DNA from: an uncultured virus (IMG/VR IMGVR_UViG_3300013383_000030)
Taxonomy: Duplodnaviria > Heunggongvirae > Uroviricota > Caudoviricetes
IMG/VR virus record: IMGVR_UViG_3300013383_000030
Length of the DNA: 20,000 nucleotides
Strand: one strand, 5' to 3'
This document shows, piece by piece, positions 6,643-15,919 of this stretch (position 1 is its first letter; each line of letters starts with the position of its first letter). The notes under the pieces were generated by a model, which had not been told where the DNA came from, searched no databases, and saw only the letters and a list, made by a program, of their open reading frames with translations. The translations under genes were made by a program, and so were the position numbers.

Positions 6643-6897
6643 TCACTCTTCCGCTTTCAGTGCTTCCTGATACCTCTCCTCTATGCTGTCGTGAGAGTTT
6701 CTGTTCCCGAAGAAGAAGCGGTAGAGCCCGTTGGAGAGGAACGGAATCGCAACGGTAAGAATGGCAAGCGCAACAATGACCATAAGGATGTTTTTGATCG
6801 GGGTGTCGAACAGGTCGGAGAGGACTTCCAAGGTCACTCTCACGACAATCGTTCCGATGATGATGCCGAACACGAGCGCTATGACGACAAACAGCAT
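6643..6897 (-). CDS. Small two-TM membrane protein
   Basis: Two hydrophobic segments; starts 6 nt after the upstream gene. Confidence 0.75.
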   Translation of the reverse strand: MLFVVIALVFGIIIGTIVVRVTLEVLSDLFDTPIKNILMVIVALAILTVAIPFLSNGLYRFFFGNRNSHDSIEERYQEALKAEE

Positions 6898-6903
6898 TTC
6901 GAA

Positions 6904-7584
6904 TCACTTCAGTGAATTGATGTACTTCTCGATGTCGTCCGTGGACATGCCGGAATCCTGTTCCGGTTCAAGCATGGTCTCCATTCTGACGGTTTCGCGG
7001 ATTTCGTCGTCCTTCAGCTTCTCGACAGAGACGCCGACATCCGACTCGCCGATTCCGTTCACATCCTCGACGATTGAGTTCACGGACTTCAGCGTATCAA
7101 CACATTCCTTCTTCGACTCGAGCGATGCGATATTTAGCTTGCTCCGGTCAAGATTGGACTTCAACACCTTCATTGTCTGGTTCAGTTTCGTGATGGCATT
7201 TGAATATGTGCTGCAGATGTTCCTGTGGTTCGCGACCTGCCTGTTTACAATCTCATACTGTTCCCTCGTGCGCTTGAACGCCTCCGGGTCCGAGGCGCCG
7301 ATTCTGATCAGTTCAGCTTTAAGGTGTTTCGACTGCTTCTCGAGAGACTCAACCTTCCTGGTGTTCAGCGTAAGTTCTACCGTGAACTTCCTGATGGACT
7401 TTTCGCATTCAACCTTCCTGTCATGCAGCTCGACGTACTTTTGTTTGTAGTTGTCTACAACGAACCTGTCGTTCAAGTCGTCGTTGACCGTGTTCCTGAC
7501 GTGGTAGAATGCGCCCTTCAAAGACGGAAACACAATTAGAAGCAGCACTACAACGCCACTAACAATGATAACTTTTTTTGTCAT
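6904..7584 (-). CDS. Membrane-anchored coiled-coil protein (PspA/IM30-like architecture)
   Basis: N-terminal TM followed by long heptad-rich helices; SD AAGGAG and a promoter at 7613-7640. Confidence 0.7.
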   Translation of the reverse strand: MTKKVIIVSGVVVLLLIVFPSLKGAFYHVRNTVNDDLNDRFVVDNYKQKYVELHDRKVECEKSIRKFTVELTLNTRKVESLEKQSKHLKAELIRIGASDPEAFKRTREQYEIVNRQVANHRNICSTYSNAITKLNQTMKVLKSNLDRSKLNIASLESKKECVDTLKSVNSIVEDVNGIGESDVGVSVEKLKDDEIRETVRMETMLEPEQDSGMSTDDIEKYINSLK

Positions 7585-7655
7585 ATATTATTTCTCCTTC
7601 GAATATACCGCTATTATAGCATATTCGAAGGAGATTGCAAACACTTTTTGAAATT

Positions 7656-7892
7656 TTAGACCCCGAGGAGGCGGTTTTTCAGGGAGCGGAATGTGTATGA
7701 GCCGCCGTTGTGAAAAAACGCAGACCCGGAAACCGAATAGACCCTTCGTCCATTCTTGTTTGAATAGAGGGTAAACGTGCCGAATTTGGTATGCGTTTTT
7801 CTGGAGCCTCTCTTGTGGAAGCTCATTTTGTCGATGTTGGCGAGAACCTTTCTCGCCTCTGTATATCTCATTTTCTTGTATGAGTTGTGCAT
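7656..7892 (-). CDS. Hypothetical basic protein
   Basis: ORF fills the gap in a co-oriented run. Confidence 0.5.
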   Translation of the reverse strand: MHNSYKKMRYTEARKVLANIDKMSFHKRGSRKTHTKFGTFTLYSNKNGRRVYSVSGSAFFHNGGSYTFRSLKNRLLGV

Positions 7893-7943
7893 TTTTTTCA
7901 GTCCCTTCGTTATTTTTTTTCAGTCCCTTCGTTGCGGAAAATC

Positions 7944-8456
7944 TCAATATATGATGCGGTTTTCTTTTTTCTTTCTTGGGGCTTTTTCCCTTATGGCAGT
8001 AAACCACCTTCCCCTGGGAATGTTCTCAATATCAAGTATATCAACCTTATTTCCATCGATAACATATTCCCTTAAAAAATGGTTGTTCCGTTTGAACTCA
8101 TCAACGGAAAATTTTTTCAGGCTCCATATCTTCTTTTTGTTGAACTTCTGAACCAACCATCTCCACATATCGGCTCTTGTCATAACATGTCCAGAATAGT
8201 GAAGCATCAGATCATCGTCAATGCCTATAGAAGAATTGATATAGGGGCTGGCTGGATTATCCGTGTGCAGACTTTCGCCAATGGACCCCCAACTGTCCCT
8301 CGTGTCAATCCGGATGGCGCACTTGTACATTCCCTTCCCATACTGTCCGGATACCGTCTGGTAATAGTACATGCAGATCATATACAGACCATTCCCGACG
8401 TCGACATTGCAGGATTTCCAAAGCACGGCGGTGCGCTTGTCCGAATGTGTCCTCAA
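7944..8456 (-). CDS. Hypothetical protein
   Basis: 170-aa ORF starting 6 nt after the upstream gene. Confidence 0.65.
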   Translation of the reverse strand: MRTHSDKRTAVLWKSCNVDVGNGLYMICMYYYQTVSGQYGKGMYKCAIRIDTRDSWGSIGESLHTDNPASPYINSSIGIDDDLMLHYSGHVMTRADMWRWLVQKFNKKKIWSLKKFSVDEFKRNNHFLREYVIDGNKVDILDIENIPRGRWFTAIREKAPRKKKENRIIY

Positions 8457-8462
8457 AAAATC

Positions 8463-8963
8463 TCAGACCCCCTTGTGGAGGCTCTCCTTGATGTCCTTGA
8501 GGATGTCGGAAAGCTCGCCGACACAGTCGCGGAGAGAAGCCTTCTTCCGCTTCTTTTCTGCCGGGGCTGCATCAAGACGCGCTTTCTTTTCAGCGCGAGC
8601 CTTTTCCTTCTCCTCCCGGTTTTTTATCTGGTCGGTCGCCGAGTCAACCATGCGGCGGATGGCGGACATGTACCCCCCACCCTTGACCTCGTGTGTGACC
8701 GGATCCGGGGTTCCCATCATGCGCTTGACGAGGGCGTAGACAAGACCGCGCTCCTTGTCGAACACGTCGCCGTTTGTTGCCTTGAGGAGAACCCACGTTC
8801 CGTCGGAGAAGTAGACCTTGATCGCCGGGTTGTGGTAGACGATGTGTCTGACGTTTGGCATGAAGGCGTTGCGTTTCACAAGCGACGTGATGACGGACGT
8901 GAGGATTTCGTCGTTATCAGTAACGCGGATTCCATCCTCTGTTGCGATGATTGCAGGTTCCAT
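8463..8963 (-). CDS. Conserved phage hypothetical protein
   Basis: HNPAIKVYFSDGT...DVFDKERGL motif recurs in phage hypotheticals; SD AAGGAAAA. Confidence 0.75.
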   Translation of the reverse strand: MEPAIIATEDGIRVTDNDEILTSVITSLVKRNAFMPNVRHIVYHNPAIKVYFSDGTWVLLKATNGDVFDKERGLVYALVKRMMGTPDPVTHEVKGGGYMSAIRRMVDSATDQIKNREEKEKARAEKKARLDAAPAEKKRKKASLRDCVGELSDILKDIKESLHKGV

Positions 8964-8999
8964 TTTTCGGTTTTCCTTTTTGAAAAAAAATCAAAGTGG

Positions 9000-9218
9000 T
9001 CAGTCTGTGCCGTCCTCGGAATTCTCGGATGCGCAGCTAATCTCATCGTCCCCACATTCGTCGATGGTGACGTTGATTTCGTCGATTAACTCCTCAACCC
9101 CCTCTTTGATCCGGTCAATTTCGGGCTGTGGGAGGTCTTCGCAGTTTTCAAGACTCGCAAGGACTTCCCCTTCGAGAAGTTCAATGACCTTATATATGGA
9201 ATTGTTGTGCATTTCCAT
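9000..9218 (-). CDS. Small acidic hypothetical protein
   Basis: SD GAGGT; follows the NUMOD1-like gene. Confidence 0.7.
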   Translation of the reverse strand: MEMHNNSIYKVIELLEGEVLASLENCEDLPQPEIDRIKEGVEELIDEINVTIDECGDDEISCASENSEDGTD

Positions 9219-9222
9219 TACC

Positions 9223-9423
9223 TCAGATGTACTTGATTGTGTAATTCTTGCAGGACGAGTGTTTCCCGTTGAGTGTACGACAGACGTTGCTGATGTTGAC
9301 CCCGAGCCACTTGGCGGCTTCGGTTTGGTGTGTGAATGTGCATTTGCGCTTCCCCGTCACCGTGGAGAAAATTCCGATTTTTTTCATCTGTTTCGCCGTC
9401 TTTGAAGTATTGGTAATTTTCAT
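9223..9423 (-). CDS. Stand-alone NUMOD1-like HTH DNA-binding protein
   Basis: F...TEAAKWLGV..SNVCRTLNGK..SCKNY.IKY pattern; promoter at about 9452-9479. Confidence 0.7.
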   Translation of the reverse strand: MKITNTSKTAKQMKKIGIFSTVTGKRKCTFTHQTEAAKWLGVNISNVCRTLNGKHSSCKNYTIKYI

Positions 9424-9629
9424 AAATCGTTTTCTTGATTCTTATGGCACAAGTATAACAAATATTTCAGAAAAGTCAAGTCTTTTTGTGTATTTTCCCG
9501 AAATGTACAAATTCGATGGAATTGATGGAAATGATCAGGGATATGAACTGGGGATGTCATTTTGGTGTCGTTATCTCAATGAGCCTCAACATTTATATAG
9601 CATACACTCTGCAATTGTCAGACCGTTTT

Positions 9630-9743
9630 TCACAACCCCCAACTCTTGAAGTCGTCAACGATCTCTCCGTTCTCGTTGAGGAACTCGTAGACGTAGTCAC
9701 CGTTAGGAAGCGTGTCAAACGTGATTTCAGCAACCCCGTCCAT
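9630..9743 (-). CDS. 37-aa acidic microprotein (MDGVAEITFD...)
   Basis: SD AAGGAGG; starts 1 nt after the upstream stop codon; not in the ORF track. Confidence 0.55.
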   Translation of the reverse strand: MDGVAEITFDTLPNGDYVYEFLNENGEIVDDFKSWGL

Positions 9744-9744
9744 T

Positions 9745-9894
9745 TCAGTCCTCCTTCCGGACGTAGACGCTGAAGCGGCTTCCCTCGGAATCCTGGACGT
9801 AGAACGTGTTGGTGTCCTCGTCTAACTCCTGCAACGCTATGCTGTCGCAGTCGACTCCGTTCATCGGGTGGTTTGCAACATCCCCTGCGGTCAT
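9745..9894 (-). CDS. 49-aa acidic microprotein (MTAGDVANHP...)
   Basis: Directly follows a full promoter-leader cassette at 9895-9960. Confidence 0.7.
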   Translation of the reverse strand: MTAGDVANHPMNGVDCDSIALQELDEDTNTFYVQDSEGSRFSVYVRKED

Positions 9895-9988
9895 TTTTCG
9901 TTTTCCTTTCTTTTTCTTTCGTTTATGCCAATATTATAGCATGTGGGGAATGGAAATCAAGGCGAATTTCATCTTTCGGCATAATCCT

Positions 9989-10116
9989 GTGAACTCTATG
10001 CCATGCTAAAAACATGGCATCTTCTTGTTTCATTGTTTAGACTTATCAATGTGAAAGAATGACGATTCATATACCGGGTTGAAGACCTGGCATCTTTCTC
10101 GTCAAGTTTTCTGTAA
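9989..10116 (-). mobile_element. Two orphan IS ends (family A)
   Basis: 9989-10049 is the reverse complement of 2240-2300 with 2 mismatches; 10078-10116 matches the 13822-13878 element. Confidence 0.8.
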
Positions 10117-10144
10117 ATATATCGGAAGTTTAAGGAAATAAACA

Positions 10145-10897
10145 ATGGTACTTGACATAGCGAGTTTTCTCACCTCCACTCTTCAGAAGCAGTGGAAGAC
10201 AAATCACCTTGACAATAAGTCGGACGTCTGTGTCGTCGAGGCTTCTCAAGTCGGAAGGAGGTTCAAGGCGGCCGTCGAAAAAGAGTTCACAAAGACGTTC
10301 CTCAATGATGCGGAGTTTGTGGCTGCGATAACCTGTACGAGGGCTGCGCCAGAGCCGGAAGAACCAAAGGACGAGAACCCAATCGACGAAAACCCGGAGG
10401 AAAAAACGCCCGAAAAGACAGCCGGTGACACAGAAACTTCAGACCCAGAGGATGCGGAAAGTGCAAAGAAACTGAACGAATCTGTGGAGGTGCAGGATCT
10501 TACGAAATCGATGCTTTCAACCCAAAAGAGCATTTCGGGACAGAAGACGAAGAAGTGCGCTTCAGAAACCGATAGTCCAAAGAAGACGGGAAAGAAGGAT
10601 AGTGTGGAGAAAAAAGCAGACCCAAAGAAGGAAGATCCTTGTGATTCCGTGGAGAAAACGGGGAAAACGGCAGACCCTGAAATCGAGAAGCGGGTTGACG
10701 AGGCGGAGACTGAAGCTACGGGGGACAAGCTGAAACTCAAGGTACAGGAAGCCATCAAAACAGCCCTTCAGATCAAGGACGCGAACCAAAAGGTCGATCT
10801 CGAGGAGCTTCCCGGATACCAGGAGGGGTATGACGTTTATTTCATCAAGCTTGCCTTCAAGACGAAGAAATCAGACTCCCCGGACTCAGAAGGCTGA
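10145..10897 (+). CDS. Hypothetical protein with a charged low-complexity central region
   Basis: SD AAGGA, 250 aa, followed by a terminator. Confidence 0.8.
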   Translation: MVLDIASFLTSTLQKQWKTNHLDNKSDVCVVEASQVGRRFKAAVEKEFTKTFLNDAEFVAAITCTRAAPEPEEPKDENPIDENPEEKTPEKTAGDTETSDPEDAESAKKLNESVEVQDLTKSMLSTQKSISGQKTKKCASETDSPKKTGKKDSVEKKADPKKEDPCDSVEKTGKTADPEIEKRVDEAETEATGDKLKLKVQEAIKTALQIKDANQKVDLEELPGYQEGYDVYFIKLAFKTKKSDSPDSEG

Positions 10898-10915
10898 CCC
10901 CCGGAAATTTTCACA

Positions 10916-10956
10916 GCCCCCCCGTGGACATCCTCCACCCACGGGGGGCTTTTTTT
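10916..10956. terminator. Intrinsic terminator between convergent genes
   Basis: AGCCCCCCCGTGG...CCACGGGGGGCT followed by a T run. Confidence 0.85.
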
Positions 10957-10957
10957 G

Positions 10958-11350
10958 TCACTTTGTGATTCTGAGCTCCTTCATGAACTGGCTGTAGCCG
11001 GAGTGTTCAAGCACGATTTCAATCGACCCGGTTCTCTCGATGACCGTCACCTCGACGCGAATCAAATCGCGATAGTAGTGGTAGCGGTAGCGTTCGTCCA
11101 TCATGTTCTCCATGATGTAATTCTCGTAATCTACCCCATCCGCGTAAAATCCGAACCACACAACACCGCTGACGCCGTTGTCCACAAGCGTCCGAACGCG
11201 CTCGATTCCATAGAGTACATCCGACAGGTAAATGTCGCAATATCTGAGACTTCGCAGGATTTCACTAAACACGTTCGACGTATTCACATCGTACTTCTTC
11301 GTGTTGATGTTAAATTTCCCCTCGGAAATGAGTTTCTCTCCACGGTTCAT
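10958..11350 (-). CDS. Hypothetical protein
   Basis: ORF; alternative start at 11368. Confidence 0.7.
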   Translation of the reverse strand: MNRGEKLISEGKFNINTKKYDVNTSNVFSEILRSLRYCDIYLSDVLYGIERVRTLVDNGVSGVVWFGFYADGVDYENYIMENMMDERYRYHYYRDLIRVEVTVIERTGSIEIVLEHSGYSQFMKELRITK

Positions 11351-11364
11351 TTCAAACCCCCCAT

Positions 11365-11535
11365 TCAATCTGCGTAGACGTTGTAATTTGCAAAGCCCAT
11401 GTTCTTCGCCTCGCCATTTTTGACCGCGACGGACATGCCGTTCACTCCCACCCCTACACTTGCGGCGGTTTCTGCCCCTGCCACAAAGGACTTCACAAGA
11501 CCCAAATGGGCATCAACTGCGTTCTTCTTTTTCAT
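11365..11535 (-). CDS. 56-aa hypothetical protein (MKKKNAVDAH...)
   Basis: Follows a promoter-leader cassette; not in the ORF track. Confidence 0.7.
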   Translation of the reverse strand: MKKKNAVDAHLGLVKSFVAGAETAASVGVGVNGMSVAVKNGEAKNMGFANYNVYAD

Positions 11536-11615
11536 TTCTTTTGTTTTCCTTTCTTTTTCTTTCGTTTATACCACTATTATAGCATATTTTATTCAACGGT
11601 CAAGGGGGTTTTCAT

Positions 11616-11888
11616 TCAATCTTTCAGCCAGTATGGGTAGACCTCTCCAACAATCCTGTTGTTCCCGTCGATAAACTCGAATGCCCCGCCGTCAATGCTC
11701 TCGTCATCTGATTCAGCATCCTCGTTGAAAACCGGTTCTTCACACTTCACCTCGGTAAGTCCGTCATGGCGAAACCGGGCAACCCTATCGTCAAACACAG
11801 ACTTCACCTCGCTGAAGTCCCTGCAGAGCGCGATGTCGTCAAGTTCACTGTTTCCGACTCTCTTCACGTGGAACACGAATACCGTCAT
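11616..11888 (-). CDS. Small acidic hypothetical protein
   Basis: Own promoter and SD. Confidence 0.8.
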   Translation of the reverse strand: MTVFVFHVKRVGNSELDDIALCRDFSEVKSVFDDRVARFRHDGLTEVKCEEPVFNEDAESDDESIDGGAFEFIDGNNRIVGEVYPYWLKD

Positions 11889-12063
11889 TTCCTTTTCCTC
11901 TCCTTCTTTTGTGTATCTCTATTATACCACATTTCCCACGATTGTGAAGTGGTTTTTAGAAAATTCGGGAAATTGTTTTTCTTTTCGATTTGTCTAAAAT
12001 AGGCATTATAGCATATTCCCCACAATAGTCAAATTGTTTTAATTTTTCCGAACTCTGGTAATG

Positions 12064-12089
12064 AAAAAAGGCAGGGGGTGACCCCTGCC
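12064..12089 (-). terminator. Intrinsic terminator
   Basis: GGCAGGGG-TCAC-CCCCTGCC followed by T6. Confidence 0.85.
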
Positions 12090-12113
12090 AAACGAACGAA
12101 TAAGGAAAAGTCT

Positions 12114-12695
12114 TCATTTTTGTTCCGTGAACCTTGCGTCAAGTTCATCGTAGTCGGACGGAATCGTGTCGTTGATTTCGATTGTGTCCCAAACCCAAGA
12201 ACCGACAAGTTCCGAATTCTCACCATTATAGTCCCCGCATCCAAGTCCGTTTCCAAGAGCCGTAAGAAGCGAAATCGGGCTAATAATATTGTGTTCAGAC
12301 CAGTAGACGTGGTTCTCCCCCAAAACCTTATCAAATGACACATATTGTCGCTTATCGTGGTTAATGAGGAACTTGCCACCATACTTGAAGTTATCGCATT
12401 TCTCGAAGACGAACGGGGTTACGCCGTCACTGGGGGTTCCGTCACCCCACAAGTCCTCATATCCGAGACTGCCAAAAGTCTTCTTCTTCACGTCCTCATC
12501 TTCCACATAATCTCCACACCACAAAAGGTTTGTTGGATTCATATAGAGGAAATTGGCGACCGCATCCATGATTTCGGTGTTGAGGTAGGAATGTTCCATC
12601 AGTTTCGCCAATTGATAGCCGTCGTCTTTCACTTTTAGACTGTTGACGAATATCTTCCCTTTGTTTTTGAAGCCGATACGGTAATATTGTCCCAT
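12114..12695 (-). CDS. Conserved phage hypothetical protein (MGQYY... family)
   Basis: KLMEHSY, WCGDY, INHDKRQYV, LLTALGNGLGCGDY and VGSW motifs; cassette promoter. Confidence 0.85.
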   Translation of the reverse strand: MGQYYRIGFKNKGKIFVNSLKVKDDGYQLAKLMEHSYLNTEIMDAVANFLYMNPTNLLWCGDYVEDEDVKKKTFGSLGYEDLWGDGTPSDGVTPFVFEKCDNFKYGGKFLINHDKRQYVSFDKVLGENHVYWSEHNIISPISLLTALGNGLGCGDYNGENSELVGSWVWDTIEINDTIPSDYDELDARFTEQK

Positions 12696-12778
12696 TTCGA
12701 TTTTCCTTTCTTTTTCTTTCGTTTATGCCACTATTATAGCACATTTCAAATGATTGTCAAACCGTTTTGAACCAAACC

Positions 12779-13009
12779 TTATAGTTGCAGTCCGAGTTTG
12801 GGGTCGATACGCTTCAGGAGTTCATTCACTCTGTTGCGCTTTTCCGTGATGTTGTCAAGAATCATCTGATGTTCTTCCATGTCATCCTCGCTCCAGCAGG
12901 TGTCGTCAAGACCGTGCTCGTCCGCGAACCTCCACTCGTCGTCCCGCTCCCTGTCATAGTCGCACACCGCCTCTGCGAGTTCCCTTAATGTGACTTCGTT
13001 GTTTTCCAT
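12779..13009 (-). CDS. Small acidic hypothetical protein
   Basis: Cassette promoter and SD. Confidence 0.8.
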   Translation of the reverse strand: MENNEVTLRELAEAVCDYDRERDDEWRFADEHGLDDTCWSEDDMEEHQMILDNITEKRNRVNELLKRIDPKLGLQL

Positions 13010-13214
13010 TTTATATTTCCTTTCTTTTTCTTTCGTTTATGCCACTATTATAACATATTTTGTTCAACAGTCAAGGAGGTTTTCATTCTGTCCGGATTGT
13101 TGTTTTGTTGCAAACATTGAAGATGCCAACGAGAAAACCATTCAAAAATATATTTAGGAATGGGAAAATGGACGATTATGACAATGTCGCTGTGAAGCTG
13201 AACGGCAATCATTT

Positions 13215-13787
13215 TTAGTGATTGCCAGCTTTAAATATTTCGTATTTTATGTTGTTTGCTTTTTTGAATCTTTCAATTTCTTCGTCTGTTATACAAGTTT
13301 CACTACAATCAAGATATTCTTTTATATTTAATGGTGCACCTTCAAGAGATGTTAACTGTTCGTTATAAGAACAATCAAAATCACCACGAACACAATGGGG
13401 TGCACCTTCAAGTGATGTTATATTTGTATAAGAACATATAAAATCACCACCAACAGTAAGTTGTTCTGCACCCCTAAGGGTTGTTAATTGGACATTACAA
13501 GAACAATTAAAATTGCCACCAACATAAAGTGGTGCACCATCTAGAGACGTTATATCTAACCAAGAACAAGAAAAAGTACCACCAACATAACGCGGCACAC
13601 CCTCAAAAGATGTTATTTTTGTACAAGAACATTTGAAATCCCCCTTTATTTTTTCTGGCGTTTCTATTGGATTCAGATTAGCATCAACCCACGTTAATTT
13701 GTCAGACGCATAACATCTTCCTTCTTTGCCAGCATAAATTAATTTACCTAATTTTGCTTCTGAAGTCAGAGATTTCATGTTTTTCAT
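13215..13787 (-). CDS. LRR-like repeat protein (SLEGAP..VGGxFxCS, about 22-aa repeats)
   Basis: About 5 tandem repeats; AT-rich relative to its neighbours. Confidence 0.85.
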   Translation of the reverse strand: MKNMKSLTSEAKLGKLIYAGKEGRCYASDKLTWVDANLNPIETPEKIKGDFKCSCTKITSFEGVPRYVGGTFSCSWLDITSLDGAPLYVGGNFNCSCNVQLTTLRGAEQLTVGGDFICSYTNITSLEGAPHCVRGDFDCSYNEQLTSLEGAPLNIKEYLDCSETCITDEEIERFKKANNIKYEIFKAGNH

Positions 13788-13821
13788 ATATTTCTATGAT
13801 GGTGTTTTTTAAATGTCATCT

Positions 13822-13878
13822 GTGAACTCTATGCCAGGCTAAAGACCTGGCATCTTTCTCGTCAAGTTTTCTGTAAAA
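13822..13878 (-). mobile_element. Complete 57-bp mini IS-end element (family A)
   Basis: TTTTACAGAAAACTTGACGAGAAAGATGCCAGGTCTTTAGCCTGGCATAGAGTTCAC. Confidence 0.75.
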
Positions 13879-13883
13879 TATTT

Positions 13884-14234
13884 TCAATGGTTTTTCATGC
13901 CAATTCCCATTTCCTTGATTAAATTCTTGTAGTAGTCGCCACACTTTCCTTCCTTGAGGGCGAAAAAGCGCGTGGGTTCGTTTTCCTTCATCCACTCCAC
14001 ATACTCGCAGTCGGACATCCCCATGACGGTTGCGCCACCTTTGTAGGGGCAATTGCCGCAATTGTAGTGTCCCTTCACCTTCTCATCATAGCATTCATTG
14101 CAAATGAGTACTTTCTTTCCGCAATTCGGACACTTCACATATCCAACCTTAAAGTTGATGATGTCGCTTTCGTTAACCGCCGCGTGGATGAGTTCGTCGC
14201 AGTTGTCGCAGGTGTTCTCTGTCATCACTTTCAT
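13884..14234 (-). CDS. Cys-rich zinc-binding protein
   Basis: Four CxxC pairs; cassette promoter. Confidence 0.8.
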   Translation of the reverse strand: MKVMTENTCDNCDELIHAAVNESDIINFKVGYVKCPNCGKKVLICNECYDEKVKGHYNCGNCPYKGGATVMGMSDCEYVEWMKENEPTRFFALKEGKCGDYYKNLIKEMGIGMKNH

Positions 14235-14327
14235 AACTGTTTTCCTTTCTCTTTATGCCAATATTATAACATATTTCCCGCGATAGTCAATTGATTTTTC
14301 GGTTTTTTTTTGCAAGAATCCTTGGTG

Positions 14328-14357
14328 AAAAAATCAAGCCCCCCCACGGGGGGGGCT
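14328..14357 (-). terminator. Intrinsic terminator
   Basis: AGCCCCCCC..GGGGGGGCT followed by TGATTTTTT. Confidence 0.7.
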
Positions 14358-14364
14358 CTCCGTC

Positions 14365-15159
14365 TCACTCGACGTCGATGACGTCACCAAGGGGAGCATA
14401 GTCAGGACTAATAATCCGCATAATCAGACCATTGCAGAAGTTGGAAGCCATAGCTCCCTGATTCGGGTTCGTGATGTAATGGCTCGTGATGTGGGAGGCG
14501 GAGTTCATGAGCCGCATGACCGAACCGTCGGCGTGGTCGTTCCGTTCGGGGTTTTCGAGGTCTTCGAGAATCCGCATGACGTTCGCCGCACCAAGCCACT
14601 GGTTGTTGACAAGACCCTTCACGAACTTACCAACGATTTCATCCGTGAGTTTCGTGGACTTCATCGTGGAAATTTGTCCATGTATCCTGTCCTTGTCGTC
14701 AATGAAGCGCGTGAATGCGAGGTCGATTTTGCGGTCAACGATGTTCTTGTCAACATTCCCGATGCAGTGGCGCATCTTGGAATCCTTGCAGATTGCATTG
14801 CATACGCCATTCGAGCAGACAAAGACTTGCGTTCCGACGATTGTCGAATAGCTGAGCGTCCTGTCGCTGAAGTTGCGAAATCCGATGGTGAGCGCGTAGT
14901 CCAGATGGGAATCGTCCTCGACCTCCGCGAGATACATGAACTTCCGTCCGCCCTTCTCGAGACCAGCCTTCTCGTTCTTCAACTTGAGGTTAAGGGAAGC
15001 CGCCCGTTCGCGGAACTTCGTCACCAAATCGGCGCTCGAAATGCACTTGTGGTGGCGTCCAAGGGGAGAGAGTTCCTCGTGTGCGCGGATGAAGTCAAGG
15101 TCGGTAGCCCCATCTTCGGTCTTCCACCAGTCTTTCGTCAGACGCATTGTATTAGTCAT
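14365..15159 (-). CDS. DUF932/DUF945-like protein
   Basis: IGFRNFSDRT...QVFVCSNG...RH motif; the cassette SD places the start at 15159. Confidence 0.7.
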   Translation of the reverse strand: MTNTMRLTKDWWKTEDGATDLDFIRAHEELSPLGRHHKCISSADLVTKFRERAASLNLKLKNEKAGLEKGGRKFMYLAEVEDDSHLDYALTIGFRNFSDRTLSYSTIVGTQVFVCSNGVCNAICKDSKMRHCIGNVDKNIVDRKIDLAFTRFIDDKDRIHGQISTMKSTKLTDEIVGKFVKGLVNNQWLGAANVMRILEDLENPERNDHADGSVMRLMNSASHITSHYITNPNQGAMASNFCNGLIMRIISPDYAPLGDVIDVE

Positions 15160-15289
15160 TTTAATGTTTTCCTTTCTTTTAGTTAATTTTCTTTTGTTTA
15201 TGCCTGTATTATAGCATATACTATACAATAGTCAAGTTGTGTTTTGTTTTTTTTCGTCTAAATGAAAACCACAAAAGGAGTAAGCCCAC

Positions 15290-15466
15290 TCAGATGTCCC
15301 CAACGACATTATGAATCTCGTCAATTGCACTTTGTGCATCAAAAGTCTCATCATAATCTTTGTTTGGGTATCCTTTATCGTTATACTGGAAATATTTCCG
15401 TAAGACATTTTCTACGTCCTTGACGATATTCTCAAGTTCCTCGTATGACAAAGAGTTGTTTTTCAT
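15290..15466 (-). CDS. Small hypothetical protein
   Basis: SD AAAGGA; promoter at 15494-15521. Confidence 0.7.
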   Translation of the reverse strand: MKNNSLSYEELENIVKDVENVLRKYFQYNDKGYPNKDYDETFDAQSAIDEIHNVVGDI

Positions 15467-15530
15467 CTTAGAATCCTTTCTCATTATGTCTGTATTATAG
15501 CATATTTCAAATGACAGTCAAACTTGTTTT

Positions 15531-15785
15531 TCAGTTTTTCGTAATCTTGAGAAGTTTCACCACCTGCTTTCCGTCAGTATCGGAACAAAACAGCTTGACC
15601 ACCATGTAAGCCCCATGCCGGAGACCGATGACATTCCGGCACCACTCGACCGACTTCCGTGGATCAGCAAGCCGCAGGAGCATTTCCACGGAAGGATAAT
15701 CCATTTTTGTCGGGGTGGACACGCCAAACGCCGTCATGTTTTCATTCGCATGGGCGAGAACCACGCTGTAGAAATAGGCTCTCAT
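15531..15785 (-). CDS. Hypothetical protein
   Basis: ATGA overlap with the upstream ORF. Confidence 0.7.
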   Translation of the reverse strand: MRAYFYSVVLAHANENMTAFGVSTPTKMDYPSVEMLLRLADPRKSVEWCRNVIGLRHGAYMVVKLFCSDTDGKQVVKLLKITKN

Positions 15786-15919
15786 TTCGACACCCCTACA
15801 AGCAGAACGCCCGCTTCACAACCCACACCGAAGCGCTCCGCCGCCGCAATGTCATTCTCCGGCTCCTCAATGTCGTGGTCTCGCTTCTTGATTTTCTTCG
15901 GTGTTTCACTTCTCGTCAT
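15782..15919 (-). CDS. 45-aa hypothetical protein (MTRSETPKKI...)
   Basis: Follows the cassette leader and SD; not in the ORF track. Confidence 0.6.
   Translation of the reverse strand: MTRSETPKKIKKRDHDIEEPENDIAAAERFGVGCEAGVLLVGVSK

Noticed and set aside
574..13878. Putative guides flanking orphan IS ends targeting other sites within the window
   Set aside because: No second-site matches were found by eye; targets outside the window are untested.
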